Notes under the pieces: generated by a model
Told to the model about the DNA's origin: nothing
Seen by the model: the letters and a program-made list of their open reading frames with translations, nothing else
Database searches by the model: none
Program-made: the position numbers and the translations under genes
Origin: Chloroflexota bacterium
GTDB lineage: Bacteria > Chloroflexota > UBA11872 > UBA12225
Direction of reading: 5' to 3'
Length of the DNA stretch: 59,790 nt
NCBI GenBank assembly: GCA_947446285.1
Contig: CANFGH010000006.1
Coordinates: 1 to 59,790, forward strand
Shown here: piece by piece, positions 1 to 9,463 of the stretch
How the letters are laid out: each line of letters begins with the position of its first letter
How positions within the stretch are numbered: position 1 is the stretch's first letter

Positions 1-97
1 ATTCGCCTCGAACTGGTCGAGCCGGTATGGCCGCGCAGTGTGCCAGACCGGTCTGATCGGGCGTGTGGGACCGTCGCCTCCCCGGCTTTTACGTGGA

Positions 98-1321
98 TTA
101 GTCCAGGATGCCGATGTGGTGAATGGCGAACTCGTAATGGCCGATTGCCTCGGCGGCGGCGAGTTGACCGCTGCAGACGGCGATCATCAGCCGGTAGAGG
201 TCCTGACCCATCGCCTCTTTTGTCGCGAGACCGGAGATGATCGGTGCAGCCGAGAAATCGAAGTTATCCGACATTTTCGCGACCGTTGCGGCGTTGGCAC
301 AGACCTTCATGACGGGTTGGATTGCGTTACCAAGTGGTGATCCGCGTCCGGTCGTGAAGATATTGAGATGTGACCCTCCCGCAGCTTTCGCCGAGACGGA
401 CACCGCATCGTGGCCCGGTGTGTCCATCAACCACAGACCCTTGCCGGTAATGGGTTGCGCAAAGTCGAGGACGCCTTGAACAGGGCGGGTTCCGCCCTTG
501 AGGATGCACCCGAGGCTCTTCTCCTCGATCGTCGAAAGGCCGCCGGCCATGTTTCCGGGGGTCGGATTGCCTCCCGCGACGGTGGCGCCGACCGCGTTGG
601 CGGCCTTTTCAACATTCGCGACGATTTCGATGATCCGGCGGGCGACTTCCTCATTGCAGGCGCGTCGGGCGAGAATGTGTTCGGCGCCCATCATCTCCGT
701 TGTTTCCGAGAAGCAGACGGTTCCGCCAAAGTCGATCAGGATGTCGGCGCAAACGCCAACGACGGGGTTCGATGCCATGCCGGACGTCGCATCAGAACCA
801 CCGCATTCGGCGGCCATGATGAGTTCGCTGACCGGGAACTCCTCGCGTTCAGCATTGGCGATGGCTTCGGCGAGGGCACCCGCAAGCGTGGTCCCTTGGG
901 CGATGGCTTTCACCGATCCGCCGCATGCCTCAATGGACATGGTCGACACTGGCCGGCCTGGGGTTCTCAGGAGCGCTTCATGGGCAATATGGCTGTCACG
1001 GCCATCATTCGCCTGGTTCACGAGAAGCACCGCTGCGACGTTCGGTGCCGAGGCTGCGCCGATCAGGACGCGGTCGGTCATTGCCTCGTCTTCCTTGCCA
1101 CTTACTCCATCGTCGAGGTAAGGGACAGCGATCGCACCCGGGATGCGGGCAGCAATCCGCTGGGCAACGAGGTGTGCGCCGGCAACGACCGGAAGGATGA
1201 TCAGGTGATTGCGGATGCCGGGCCTCCCGTGAGACCGCCGGTAACCGAGGAAAGTTTGCGGAAGCGGGTCCGTTGCAAGATGAACTGCGATCCCGGTCGG
1301 TAGCGACAGCGCCTGCGTCAT
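98..1321 (-). CDS. UxaA/GarD/SuyB-family dehydratase/lyase, large domain only (no N-terminal SAF domain)
   Basis: FLGYRR..GRPGIRNH start, ECGGSDATSG, SETTE, GNMAGGLSTIEEKSLG and FTTGRG motifs. Confidence 0.85.
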   Translation of the reverse strand: MTQALSLPTGIAVHLATDPLPQTFLGYRRSHGRPGIRNHLIILPVVAGAHLVAQRIAARIPGAIAVPYLDDGVSGKEDEAMTDRVLIGAASAPNVAAVLLVNQANDGRDSHIAHEALLRTPGRPVSTMSIEACGGSVKAIAQGTTLAGALAEAIANAEREEFPVSELIMAAECGGSDATSGMASNPVVGVCADILIDFGGTVCFSETTEMMGAEHILARRACNEEVARRIIEIVANVEKAANAVGATVAGGNPTPGNMAGGLSTIEEKSLGCILKGGTRPVQGVLDFAQPITGKGLWLMDTPGHDAVSVSAKAAGGSHLNIFTTGRGSPLGNAIQPVMKVCANAATVAKMSDNFDFSAAPIISGLATKEAMGQDLYRLMIAVCSGQLAAAEAIGHYEFAIHHIGILD

Positions 1322-1416
1322 GGCAATCCCTGTACGTTGGTGTTGATGAACATGGAGTGGTGGCCACTCGGTTGGGGGTTAGCCTACCACCGCTACCGGG
1401 ACGGGAATGTACGACG

Positions 1417-2403
1417 CTAGAAGAATAGTCTTCGACGCGTCGGGGTAGGCAGGTCTGGCAGTACGGCGAGTTCGGGCGAAGACTTGCGGGTGGTCATCCA
1501 TTGACGCCGCCGGCTTGCAGTTGCGTCAATCCCGATCGGGGACGTGTCGCCGTCAAGGATCTTCTGGCGCGTCGCCTGAAGGTCAGCGATGACCTGTTCG
1601 ATCCACCTCACGGCATGGTCGGAAACGGTGGTCACATCACCTTCGATCCCTTGTTCCGGATCTTCCAGCGCGCGCGTCATCTCGGCGAAGGCAACGCCGC
1701 CGGCACGGTCGAAGTCATTTGGTGACGTAGTGGTTGGCGTCTCGCCGAGGACGACCCGCACGAGGGTCGCGGCGATCAGGGTCGGCAGGACTGATGCGGC
1801 GGTAGCCAGTGCATCGAATTCGCGCGGGTCGGCGAAGAACGCCGTAGCGCCACCGGCTTCGAGGATTGCCTGCACCACACCAACCGCGTCCGGATGTGCC
1901 GACGGTGACGGACTGATTCCGGCTACTGCATCAGCGAATGGGCGCACGGGTGATGTCCCCTTGGCGGATGACGCCCCGACCCCACCCGAGCGTGGTTCGG
2001 AACCGCTCCGCGTGGGTGGGGCTGTTCGGGTCCAGGCAATCGGGGTTGCGCAGATGACGCTTGCGTGTGAAGGCAGCATCCGGGCAGCATCGTCCAGGGC
2101 GCGCTCATGACCGGTTCCGGCGATGATGACGACCGTACCGGAAGCAAGATGGGTCGCAATGTCCCGCAGGACGCTTGGGCGTTCACTCGCGCCGGTCGTG
2201 ACAATCACAACGGTCGCACCTGAGACGGTCCCGGCCAAGTCGGCCGATACACGCCCGGCATTTCCTGACTTGCGGGCTGCCCGGCCAGTGTCGGGATCTG
2301 GTTCCCAGAGTTCGATGGGATCGAAGCGCGTTGCCAGAACTGCGCAGAAGGCGATGCCAATCTCACCCGCACCGAGAACCGCGGCTTTTGGTCGGTCAGC
2401 CAT
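1417..2403 (-). CDS. Prephenate/arogenate dehydrogenase-like protein (degenerate TyrA paralog)
   Basis: Rossmann GAGEIG; TyrA-like layout (…FFADPREFDALATAASVLP…), but the canonical HPMAG/EHD/SHLPH histidines are absent. Confidence 0.6.
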   Translation of the reverse strand: MADRPKAAVLGAGEIGIAFCAVLATRFDPIELWEPDPDTGRAARKSGNAGRVSADLAGTVSGATVVIVTTGASERPSVLRDIATHLASGTVVIIAGTGHERALDDAARMLPSHASVICATPIAWTRTAPPTRSGSEPRSGGVGASSAKGTSPVRPFADAVAGISPSPSAHPDAVGVVQAILEAGGATAFFADPREFDALATAASVLPTLIAATLVRVVLGETPTTTSPNDFDRAGGVAFAEMTRALEDPEQGIEGDVTTVSDHAVRWIEQVIADLQATRQKILDGDTSPIGIDATASRRRQWMTTRKSSPELAVLPDLPTPTRRRLFF

Positions 2404-2508
2404 GTGACGGATCGTAACAACCCATCCCCACCACGCCGTGGCTGCAACGTGCCTTGCTGCAAATGCCGAACTGATCAGGACAGCGTGATCACCGAAGTCA
2501 GATGACGG

Positions 2509-3144
2509 TCATCTTGCGATGAATGGCAGACGGGCAAGCGGCTCGTATCGGCTTCCTCCCACCCCCATCTCACTGCGCCAGAGTTCGATCCCGTCGGGGT
2601 TCCACGTTGCCGGAGTGCTGGTGTCGTACTCCGAAAGCGCCTTTTGCAACCAAGGCGTAGTGCATCGTCCGGAGCGGGCCCGACCGAGAGTTGCATGGGG
2701 CCGGAAGGATGAACGGTCCGGGATCGGGACGATTTCGGAGAGCGAGTCCCGTACTGCGTATGCGAGACGCGTGAGAGGCCCGATGCTTCCACCGACGCGG
2801 TACCAGATGACCTGTGGATGCTGTGGGGTCGGAAAGAGTTCGACGGCGTCAAGGCTCAGACTCAGATGGTGCGAACCGAGTGGATGACCATCCGGCGAGG
2901 TGTGATGGCGATCACGCCCGACCACCTCGGCGAGGGCTTCGATGACTTCAGCGACCGTGTCACGGGGTACGTGTCCGAGAAACGCCAAGGTCACGTGCAG
3001 ACCTTCCGGCCGGACCCAGCGGACATCGCGTCCCATGTCGGCCGTGCGTAATGCTTCGATGGTTGCCTGTGCACGCACCAAGGCCTCTTGGGCAAGGGGT
3101 ATTGCAACAAAGAGGCGAGGCTCGGTCGCGGGCTGTTCGGTCAT
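2509..3144 (-). CDS. thpR: RNA 2',3'-cyclic phosphodiesterase (2H phosphoesterase)
   Basis: RLFVAI start, two HxT motifs (LHVTLAFLG, FRPHATLGR), C-terminal SE…RYEPL. Confidence 0.92.
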   Translation of the reverse strand: MTEQPATEPRLFVAIPLAQEALVRAQATIEALRTADMGRDVRWVRPEGLHVTLAFLGHVPRDTVAEVIEALAEVVGRDRHHTSPDGHPLGSHHLSLSLDAVELFPTPQHPQVIWYRVGGSIGPLTRLAYAVRDSLSEIVPIPDRSSFRPHATLGRARSGRCTTPWLQKALSEYDTSTPATWNPDGIELWRSEMGVGGSRYEPLARLPFIAR

Positions 3145-3490
3145 TTCACGTTTTCGGCAGGGGTGATGACGGAATGTTTGGAGAAATCAATGTGGATCGG
3201 CACTGTCGTGCCCACGCTCGACCCTGCCATGATGTGCGCGCACGGTGTTTGAAGCATGGGATGGTTTTGGCGTGCGTCGAGAGTTGTCAGGTCCCGGGCG
3301 GCTGGTTGGCAGTGGCATCCTACTAGGTGCAGGTAATCCATGAGGGAGTGCCCGGTGGCTACACGAGTGGTGAGTGTCCCGTTTGAATTCGCACCGAGCG
3401 AAGTGCATTGATCACGTGATTCCGGCCGGGAAGCACGTGCGGCACCGTTCCTGATCAAGACAAGTGAACACAGACCCTAGGACATTCAGG

Positions 3491-4414
3491 ATGACGACGC
3501 GCCACCTTCCCACCGGAGCAGCCCCCGGAACCGGCACGTTTGGGCCAGTCCGAACAGCCGTCTTTCCGGCGGCAGGTTTCGGCACGCGCATGCTTCCGGC
3601 CACGAAAGCGGTCCCGAAGGAAATGCTTACCGTTGTCGACCGACCGGTCATCCAGTACGGCGTCGAAGAGGCCGTCGCCTCGGGAATCGGGAAGATCGTG
3701 GTGATCACGGCGGCGGGCAAGGGGTCTTTGGAGGACCACTTCGATGCAAGCCGTGAACTCGAACATGTCCTTGAGCGCAAGGGTGATGAGGCCAACCTGG
3801 CGGTAATCCGCGGGGTCGCTTCCATGGCGAGCATGTCGTACGTTCGGCAGGCCCATGCCCTCGGACTTGGCCACGCGGTCCTTTTGACAGAACCGCTTGT
3901 CGGGAATGAGCCGTTTGCAGTCTTCCTCCCCGACGACATCATGGACGGGGGTGATGACCCGGTCATGGCGCAACTGATGCGCGTCTACGACGAACACCGT
4001 TGCTCAGTCATCGCCGTCGAGCGGGTGCCGAGGGAGCATGTCTCACGCTACGGGGTGCTGGCCGTGGAGACCATTGGCCCCCGTCTGCACCGCATCACGG
4101 ACATGGTCGAGAAGCCTGCGGTGGGCGCCGCGCCATCCAATCTGGCCATCATGGGCCGCTACATCCTGACCCCGACCATCTTTGAAAAGCTGCGCGAGAC
4201 CACACCGGGCGCGGGTGGTGAGATCCAGTTGACCGACGGGATCCGTCGCCTCCTTGCTGAGGAAACCGTGCTTGCCTGCGAGTACGTGGGCACGCGGTAC
4301 GACTGCGGTTCAAAGCTTGGCTACCTACGAGCGAACGTCGAGATGGGTCTGCGCCACCCGGTCCTTGGCCCATCGGTGCGTGAACTCCTTGCAGAAATCC
4401 TCGGTCGTTCCTGA
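3491..4414 (+). CDS. galU: UTP--glucose-1-phosphate uridylyltransferase
   Basis: PAAGFGTRMLPATKAVPKEML, LGLGHAV, MVEKP, GEIQLTD; start codon uncertain (3464 or 3491). Confidence 0.95.
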   Translation: MTTRHLPTGAAPGTGTFGPVRTAVFPAAGFGTRMLPATKAVPKEMLTVVDRPVIQYGVEEAVASGIGKIVVITAAGKGSLEDHFDASRELEHVLERKGDEANLAVIRGVASMASMSYVRQAHALGLGHAVLLTEPLVGNEPFAVFLPDDIMDGGDDPVMAQLMRVYDEHRCSVIAVERVPREHVSRYGVLAVETIGPRLHRITDMVEKPAVGAAPSNLAIMGRYILTPTIFEKLRETTPGAGGEIQLTDGIRRLLAEETVLACEYVGTRYDCGSKLGYLRANVEMGLRHPVLGPSVRELLAEILGRS

Positions 4415-4607
4415 ACGCGCTGGTGTTTTGCACCCGGTCGGTGCCGATCGGTTGACCGTTAGGTTTGAATCCGAATGTCAGTAGGGTTCGGTGATGTAGG
4501 TGGCTTGCGGGTATCCATGCCCGCTTGTGCGGCGGGAATGCTCGTTGACGGGTGGTTATGCGCTTGAGACATCGGCTGGCGTGGATGGAACCCTGGGGGG
4601 TGATGCG

Positions 4608-5687
4608 ATGAGCAGTCTCGAGCGTGCACGCTCACGATGGACTGGGCGGATTGAGGCGGGAATGCGTGACGTCGTGGCGCGTCATGCGCCTGATGCGCGA
4701 ATCGCTCGTGTCGCCGAACCGACCGCGGACCTTAGTCCCGGAGCGCCGTCGCATTACGGCATGATGCGCTACCACCTCGGGTGGGTCGATGAAGCATTCG
4801 AACTTGCGCAATCACCGACCGGGAAGCGCCTTCGTCCCTTGCTCGCAATCCTGGGGGCCGAGGCGTGCGGGGCCGACGGTTCGCGGGCACTTCCGATCGC
4901 GGTGGCACTCGAACTTCTCCACAACTTCACCTTGATCCACGACGATATCGAAGATGGCGATACGCACCGCCATCACCGCCCCACGGTATGGAAGGTTTGG
5001 GGTGAAGCGCAGGGAATCAACGCCGGCGATGGCATGCACGTTCTTTCCACCCTTGCACTCCTTGAACTTGTGGACTCGGGCGTTTCCCCGGCACTTGTCA
5101 CCAACCTTGCGAGTCGGTTCGCGCGGACAAGCCTGATCGTCACCGAGGGTCAGCATCTGGACCTGGAGTTTGTTGGCCTCGCGGATGTGACGCCCGAGGC
5201 GTACCTCGACATGATTGCCAGGAAGTCGGCAGCGCTGATCTCGTGTGCGATGGCCATGGGGGCTCAAGTGGCGGATGCTTCGTCAGAGACGGTCGCGGCG
5301 ATGGCGGATTTCGGATTCGCGCTGGGGTTGGGATTCCAAGTCCGGGATGACATCCTCGGGATATGGGGAGATGCTGCTCGTACCGGGAAGCCGACCAGTG
5401 ATCTCGCGCGTCGCAAGAAGACCTTGCCAACGCTCGTGGCGCTCTCCGGGTTGGAAGGTGCCGACCGGCTGAGTATCGCCACTCTTCTGGCGTCTCCGGA
5501 CCCGTCGCCGAAAATGGTCGACAAGGCGCGTGACGCAATCGACCGCTCAGGCGCACGACAGCATTGCGAGTTGCTGGTTGCGAAATACTCCGAAAATGCA
5601 AGGCGTCATCTTGCGGTGCTTCCCGATGGGGAGGCCCGGAACGCCCTCGGTGATCTCGTGACCTACCTCGCTTCCCGGGACGCGTGA
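4608..5687 (+). CDS. Polyprenyl (geranylgeranyl) diphosphate synthase
   Basis: GKRLRP, first Asp-rich motif HDDIED, GQHLDL, second motif FQVRDDILG; GGGGTGA RBS before ATG 4608. Confidence 0.93.
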   Translation: MSSLERARSRWTGRIEAGMRDVVARHAPDARIARVAEPTADLSPGAPSHYGMMRYHLGWVDEAFELAQSPTGKRLRPLLAILGAEACGADGSRALPIAVALELLHNFTLIHDDIEDGDTHRHHRPTVWKVWGEAQGINAGDGMHVLSTLALLELVDSGVSPALVTNLASRFARTSLIVTEGQHLDLEFVGLADVTPEAYLDMIARKSAALISCAMAMGAQVADASSETVAAMADFGFALGLGFQVRDDILGIWGDAARTGKPTSDLARRKKTLPTLVALSGLEGADRLSIATLLASPDPSPKMVDKARDAIDRSGARQHCELLVAKYSENARRHLAVLPDGEARNALGDLVTYLASRDA

Positions 5688-5859
5688 GCGACCCGTCACA
5701 CGCGACCCCCACCCCTTTGCTCATCCCGTTGCGCGCCGGGCTTGGCTGGCGACCCAAGTCTCGCCAGATCAAGGTGGGGAGGCTGTGGCCACGAGACAGT
5801 TTTCCGTCACCAGCCTAGCGTTGCGGCGGGAGAGGGGCGTGATCTGAACCCCGTAGCGA

Positions 5860-7122
5860 TCAGAGGAACCGGGAGGCGATGTCATTGCTCGCCAGGAGGC
5901 CACGGTCGGTCAGGCAGGCACGACTGTCGTCAACGCGCAGGAACCCATGTGGGGCGACTTCGTCGAAGATTGTCCGCCACCGCTCACGAGGGTCAATGCC
6001 AAACCGTTCGATGAACCGGGCGAAGTCGATGCCCTCGTCGCGCATCCTCAACGCGAGCATTGCGGTCTCGCCGGGTGTGGCGTCCGGACCGAGGGTCTCA
6101 CTCCCTTCCTCAACCGGACGGCCAGACTGCATCGCAGCGAGGTAGTGATCGAGGCTTCGGACATTCCACGACCGGCGACCGTCGATGTACCGGTGTGCCC
6201 CGACGCCAAAGCCGTGATAAGCCTCGTTGCGCCAGTACGCAAGATTGTGGCGGGATTCATGCCCCGGTTTTGCCCAGTTCGAGACTTCATAGTGGCGGAA
6301 ACCGGCTTGGGTGAGTTCGGGCAGGGCAACGTCGTACATGTCGGCAACGAGATCGTCGTCCGGAACGGACCACTGGCCGCTTGAGACCTGGCTGGCAAGT
6401 GGCGTGCCCACCTCGATTGCCAGGGCGTAGAGGCTAACGTGATCCGGTTCTGTTTCGAGGGCACGCTTCAGGTGTTCCTGCCACATCTCCAGGGTCTGCC
6501 ATGGGAGGCCGTAGATCAGGTCAAGGTTCACCGAGATCGATCCGCATGCTTTCAATGCCTCAACGGCACGGATTGCCGTCTCCGCGTCGTGGGTCCGCCC
6601 GAGACGTTTCAGCGTCGGATCATCTAGGCTCTGGACCCCAAGGCTTACCCGGTTCACACCGAGGTTCACCCATGAACCGATCAGTGCCGGGTTGAAGCCA
6701 GGGTTCGCCTCAAGTGTCACTTCGGCGAGGTTCAAGCGCGCGCCAAACCGGGTGGCAATGGCCGTGATGATCGTTTCGAGTTGAGCAGGTTCCAGCAGCG
6801 ACGGCGTCCCCCCGCCCAGATACATCGTTTCGAGCGGAACATCGGGGTTGGCACCCGGTGATCCAATGCGGATCTCGTCGGCAAGCGAGGCAACATAGGC
6901 CGGGATATGCTGTTCCACCCCTGCGAAGGTGGCAAAGTCGCAATACGCGCACATCGTCCGACAGAAGGGGACGTGAATGTAGGCGCTCCGGGGCGTGTGC
7001 CACCGTGGAGGTGGTGCGCCTATTTTCCCGTCCAGCCTCACGCGATTTGCATACGCTGCGCTTGGCCCACCCGCCGTCATCGGGTCAATATGCTTGTCTC
7101 CTCCGCCCAATCTCAGAATCAT
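5860..7122 (-). CDS. hemW: Radical SAM heme chaperone HemW (HemN-like)
   Basis: YIHVPFCRTMCAYCDF (CxxxCxxC), GGGTPS, HYEVSNW, HNLAYW; start may be ATG 7080. Confidence 0.9.
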   Translation of the reverse strand: MILRLGGGDKHIDPMTAGGPSAAYANRVRLDGKIGAPPPRWHTPRSAYIHVPFCRTMCAYCDFATFAGVEQHIPAYVASLADEIRIGSPGANPDVPLETMYLGGGTPSLLEPAQLETIITAIATRFGARLNLAEVTLEANPGFNPALIGSWVNLGVNRVSLGVQSLDDPTLKRLGRTHDAETAIRAVEALKACGSISVNLDLIYGLPWQTLEMWQEHLKRALETEPDHVSLYALAIEVGTPLASQVSSGQWSVPDDDLVADMYDVALPELTQAGFRHYEVSNWAKPGHESRHNLAYWRNEAYHGFGVGAHRYIDGRRSWNVRSLDHYLAAMQSGRPVEEGSETLGPDATPGETAMLALRMRDEGIDFARFIERFGIDPRERWRTIFDEVAPHGFLRVDDSRACLTDRGLLASNDIASRFL

Positions 7123-7390
7123 TTCCCCGCGCTCCGCTTAGGCTGGGCCACGCGTGACATTGCCATGAGGGTACGCCCCTGGTCGCGCGAGAGAGACGTC
7201 CTCCCCCCCTCCCCCGCACCTGGCGGCGATTGCGATTGCAGAGGGGAGACAGCCGTAGTCCTTGGTGAGGGGACCCGGCTAGGAGCGCCGGCGCACTCGG
7301 CGGCAGGGGGTTGCTGGGTGGTGTGGTCGTGACGTGACTTCGCACGGAGTGCGCTGAAGCGTGGCCAGCCGGCAAAGGCGGTACGTTGGA

Positions 7391-8293
7391 GTGGTGGTGG
7401 CAAAGCAGAGACCAGGCCGGGACGCAGTTGTTGATGTGCATGCGCATGTTCATGACGTATCAGTTATTCGCAATCGGGCAGCCTTTGCTTCGCAGGATCC
7501 GTGGTTTGGGGTACAGAACCCGCCCGGGTCGCGTCGGTTGTCGACGGTTTCGCGCTTGGTCGCGCAGATGGATGCCGACGGCATCGATGTTTCGTGGGCC
7601 CTGGGATTTGGTTGGCGGGACCACGGCGTTGCGGTGGCTCAGAACGATCTCATTCGTGAAGCCGCTCTCGGGCATGAAACACGGCTCCGACTGTTCGGGT
7701 CGGTCAATCCGGCCTCGGGCCTCGGGGCCATTCGGGAAATTGAGCGGTTGGCGTCTCGTGGATTTTCCGGTATTGGAGAACTGTTCCCAGAAGGGCAAGG
7801 GTTTGATGTCACTGACCGCAAAGCGATGGCCCCGTTGCTTGAGGCGTGCGAGGCCACACGGATGGCGCTTGTCGTCCATGCGAGTGAGCCGGTCGGTCGT
7901 GACTATCCCGGTAGGGACCACACGACGCCTGATCGAGTGCTCAGCCTGATCGATCTCGCAGCCGAGGTTGCGCCAACGGTGACGCTCATCATCGGTCACC
8001 TTGGCGGTGGGCTCCCCTTGTACGCCCACATGCCGGATGTCCGGCGCAGTATCGAACGCGCCCGGGTCTGGTTTGACACGGCGGCATGCCGGTTCCTGTG
8101 GGACCCCTCAGTGCTTGCGCAAGCATCGAGGCTGTGCCCGGGGCGCATCCTGTTTGGTTCGGACCATCCGGTAGGAGGGATCAGTGCGATGCGCCGGTGG
8201 GTGGACGGTGCTGATCTCACACCGGAGGTCCGGGCCGGAGTGATGGGCCTGGATGCACCCGCTCTAAGGAGCATTGAGCGAGATAGCGGGTAG
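7391..8293 (+). CDS. Amidohydrolase_2 family metal-dependent hydrolase
   Basis: DVHAH, GIGEL, VVH, GHLGGG, FDTAA, ILFGSDHP motifs; start uncertain. Confidence 0.85.
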   Translation: MVVAKQRPGRDAVVDVHAHVHDVSVIRNRAAFASQDPWFGVQNPPGSRRLSTVSRLVAQMDADGIDVSWALGFGWRDHGVAVAQNDLIREAALGHETRLRLFGSVNPASGLGAIREIERLASRGFSGIGELFPEGQGFDVTDRKAMAPLLEACEATRMALVVHASEPVGRDYPGRDHTTPDRVLSLIDLAAEVAPTVTLIIGHLGGGLPLYAHMPDVRRSIERARVWFDTAACRFLWDPSVLAQASRLCPGRILFGSDHPVGGISAMRRWVDGADLTPEVRAGVMGLDAPALRSIERDSG

Positions 8294-8377
8294 CACAATC
8301 AGCGTTTCTTTTCGGTCACCGCGTATTTCACAGATGCAATATAATTCGCGTGGTAGTCTAGTTTGAGACGGAATCCA

Positions 8378-9119
8378 ATGCAATACCTTGATATTCTTGG
8401 CCACGAGACGTGGGTTTCGGTTCCAGACAAGGATCGAGAGCCTCTGCTGCTCCTTCACGGAGGCTTGACCAGTACCGCCCACATGTTGCAGGTGGGGAAC
8501 TTTTTGGACCCCAAGTACCGGGTAAGTGCGTTCGATCGACGTGGTCATGGACGCACGGCAGACTCGGCCGAGCCGTTTCACTACGACACCATGGCGGACG
8601 AAACGATTGCTGTCCTTGAGGCAATCGGAGGGCCGAGTCATATCGTTGGCTGGAGTGATGGTGGAAACATTGGACTAATTGTTGCTAGCAGGCGCCCTGA
8701 TCTGGTGAAGCGTCTTGTGGTAATCGGCTCAAATTTTTGGGTTTGATGGTTTAGATTTGTCACGTGGGGGAATTGATCTGTTAAGCATGACAATTAATGA
8801 TCAAGGCAAGCAGGGACTGTTTGGAGACTATGCTTCGAATTCCCCGGATGGTCCGAGTCATTAAGACATGTTTATAGAAAAAACTCTACAGATGTGGGCA
8901 TCTGATCCGAACCTGACTCTGGATAATTTATCGACGATTAAAGTACCGGTCTTAGTGCTTGTTGGTGACCATGACTGGGTTCATTGGCCACATACCATTG
9001 CGTTCTACGAGAATATTTCAGGTGCTCAACTTGCGGTCGTTCCGGGTGCTGGCCACGCAGTGCCGTTGCAGCTCCTTGATAAAGTTGCCCAAATTGTTGA
9101 CGACTTTCTAACGCAGTAG
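8378..9119 (+). pseudogene. Alpha/beta hydrolase pseudogene (frameshift near 8744, in-frame TAA at 8862-8864)
   Basis: LLLHGG, DRRGHGRT and nucleophile elbow GWSDG in the first ORF. A +1 shift continues DGLDLSRGG…YASNSPDGPSH*DMFIEK…GDHD…GAGHAV, in frame with ORF 8868-9119. Confidence 0.85.
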
Positions 9120-9463
9120 CAATTGGTGAGGTCCATAATCCTCTCGTGCCAAACTGTACATCCAAAATCAAATTGTGCATAATAATATATATTGTATATA
9201 AATAATATCTTCACTATTAATATTGCGTATAAAAATAATAGCGAGCGTGACTGGTGGTCAACTCTCCACCAAGCGGAGCGCGGCCATCTGATCTTCCCAA
9301 GTTCTCGCCGGGCACCTGATGATGGATTGATCAAGCTGGCACACCCCCGCCGTGGACCCGGGTTTTGCCACCCAATCCTCACGTTCGTCTCTGTCTCCCA
9401 TACCGTGTCTCAAGGTCCGTCTCCGCAATGGGCGTTACTATCTCTTCCGAGGAAGAGTGCCCG

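Noticed and set aside
3141-3341. 66-codon minus-strand ORF (MDYLHLVGCHCQ…) whose stop overlaps the thpR ATG
   Set aside because: The ATGA overlap is suggestive, but there is no RBS or recognisable motif; left uncalled
9245-9420. Possible IS remnant beside the AT-rich tract
   Set aside because: No paired terminal repeats, target duplication or transposase motif could be identified
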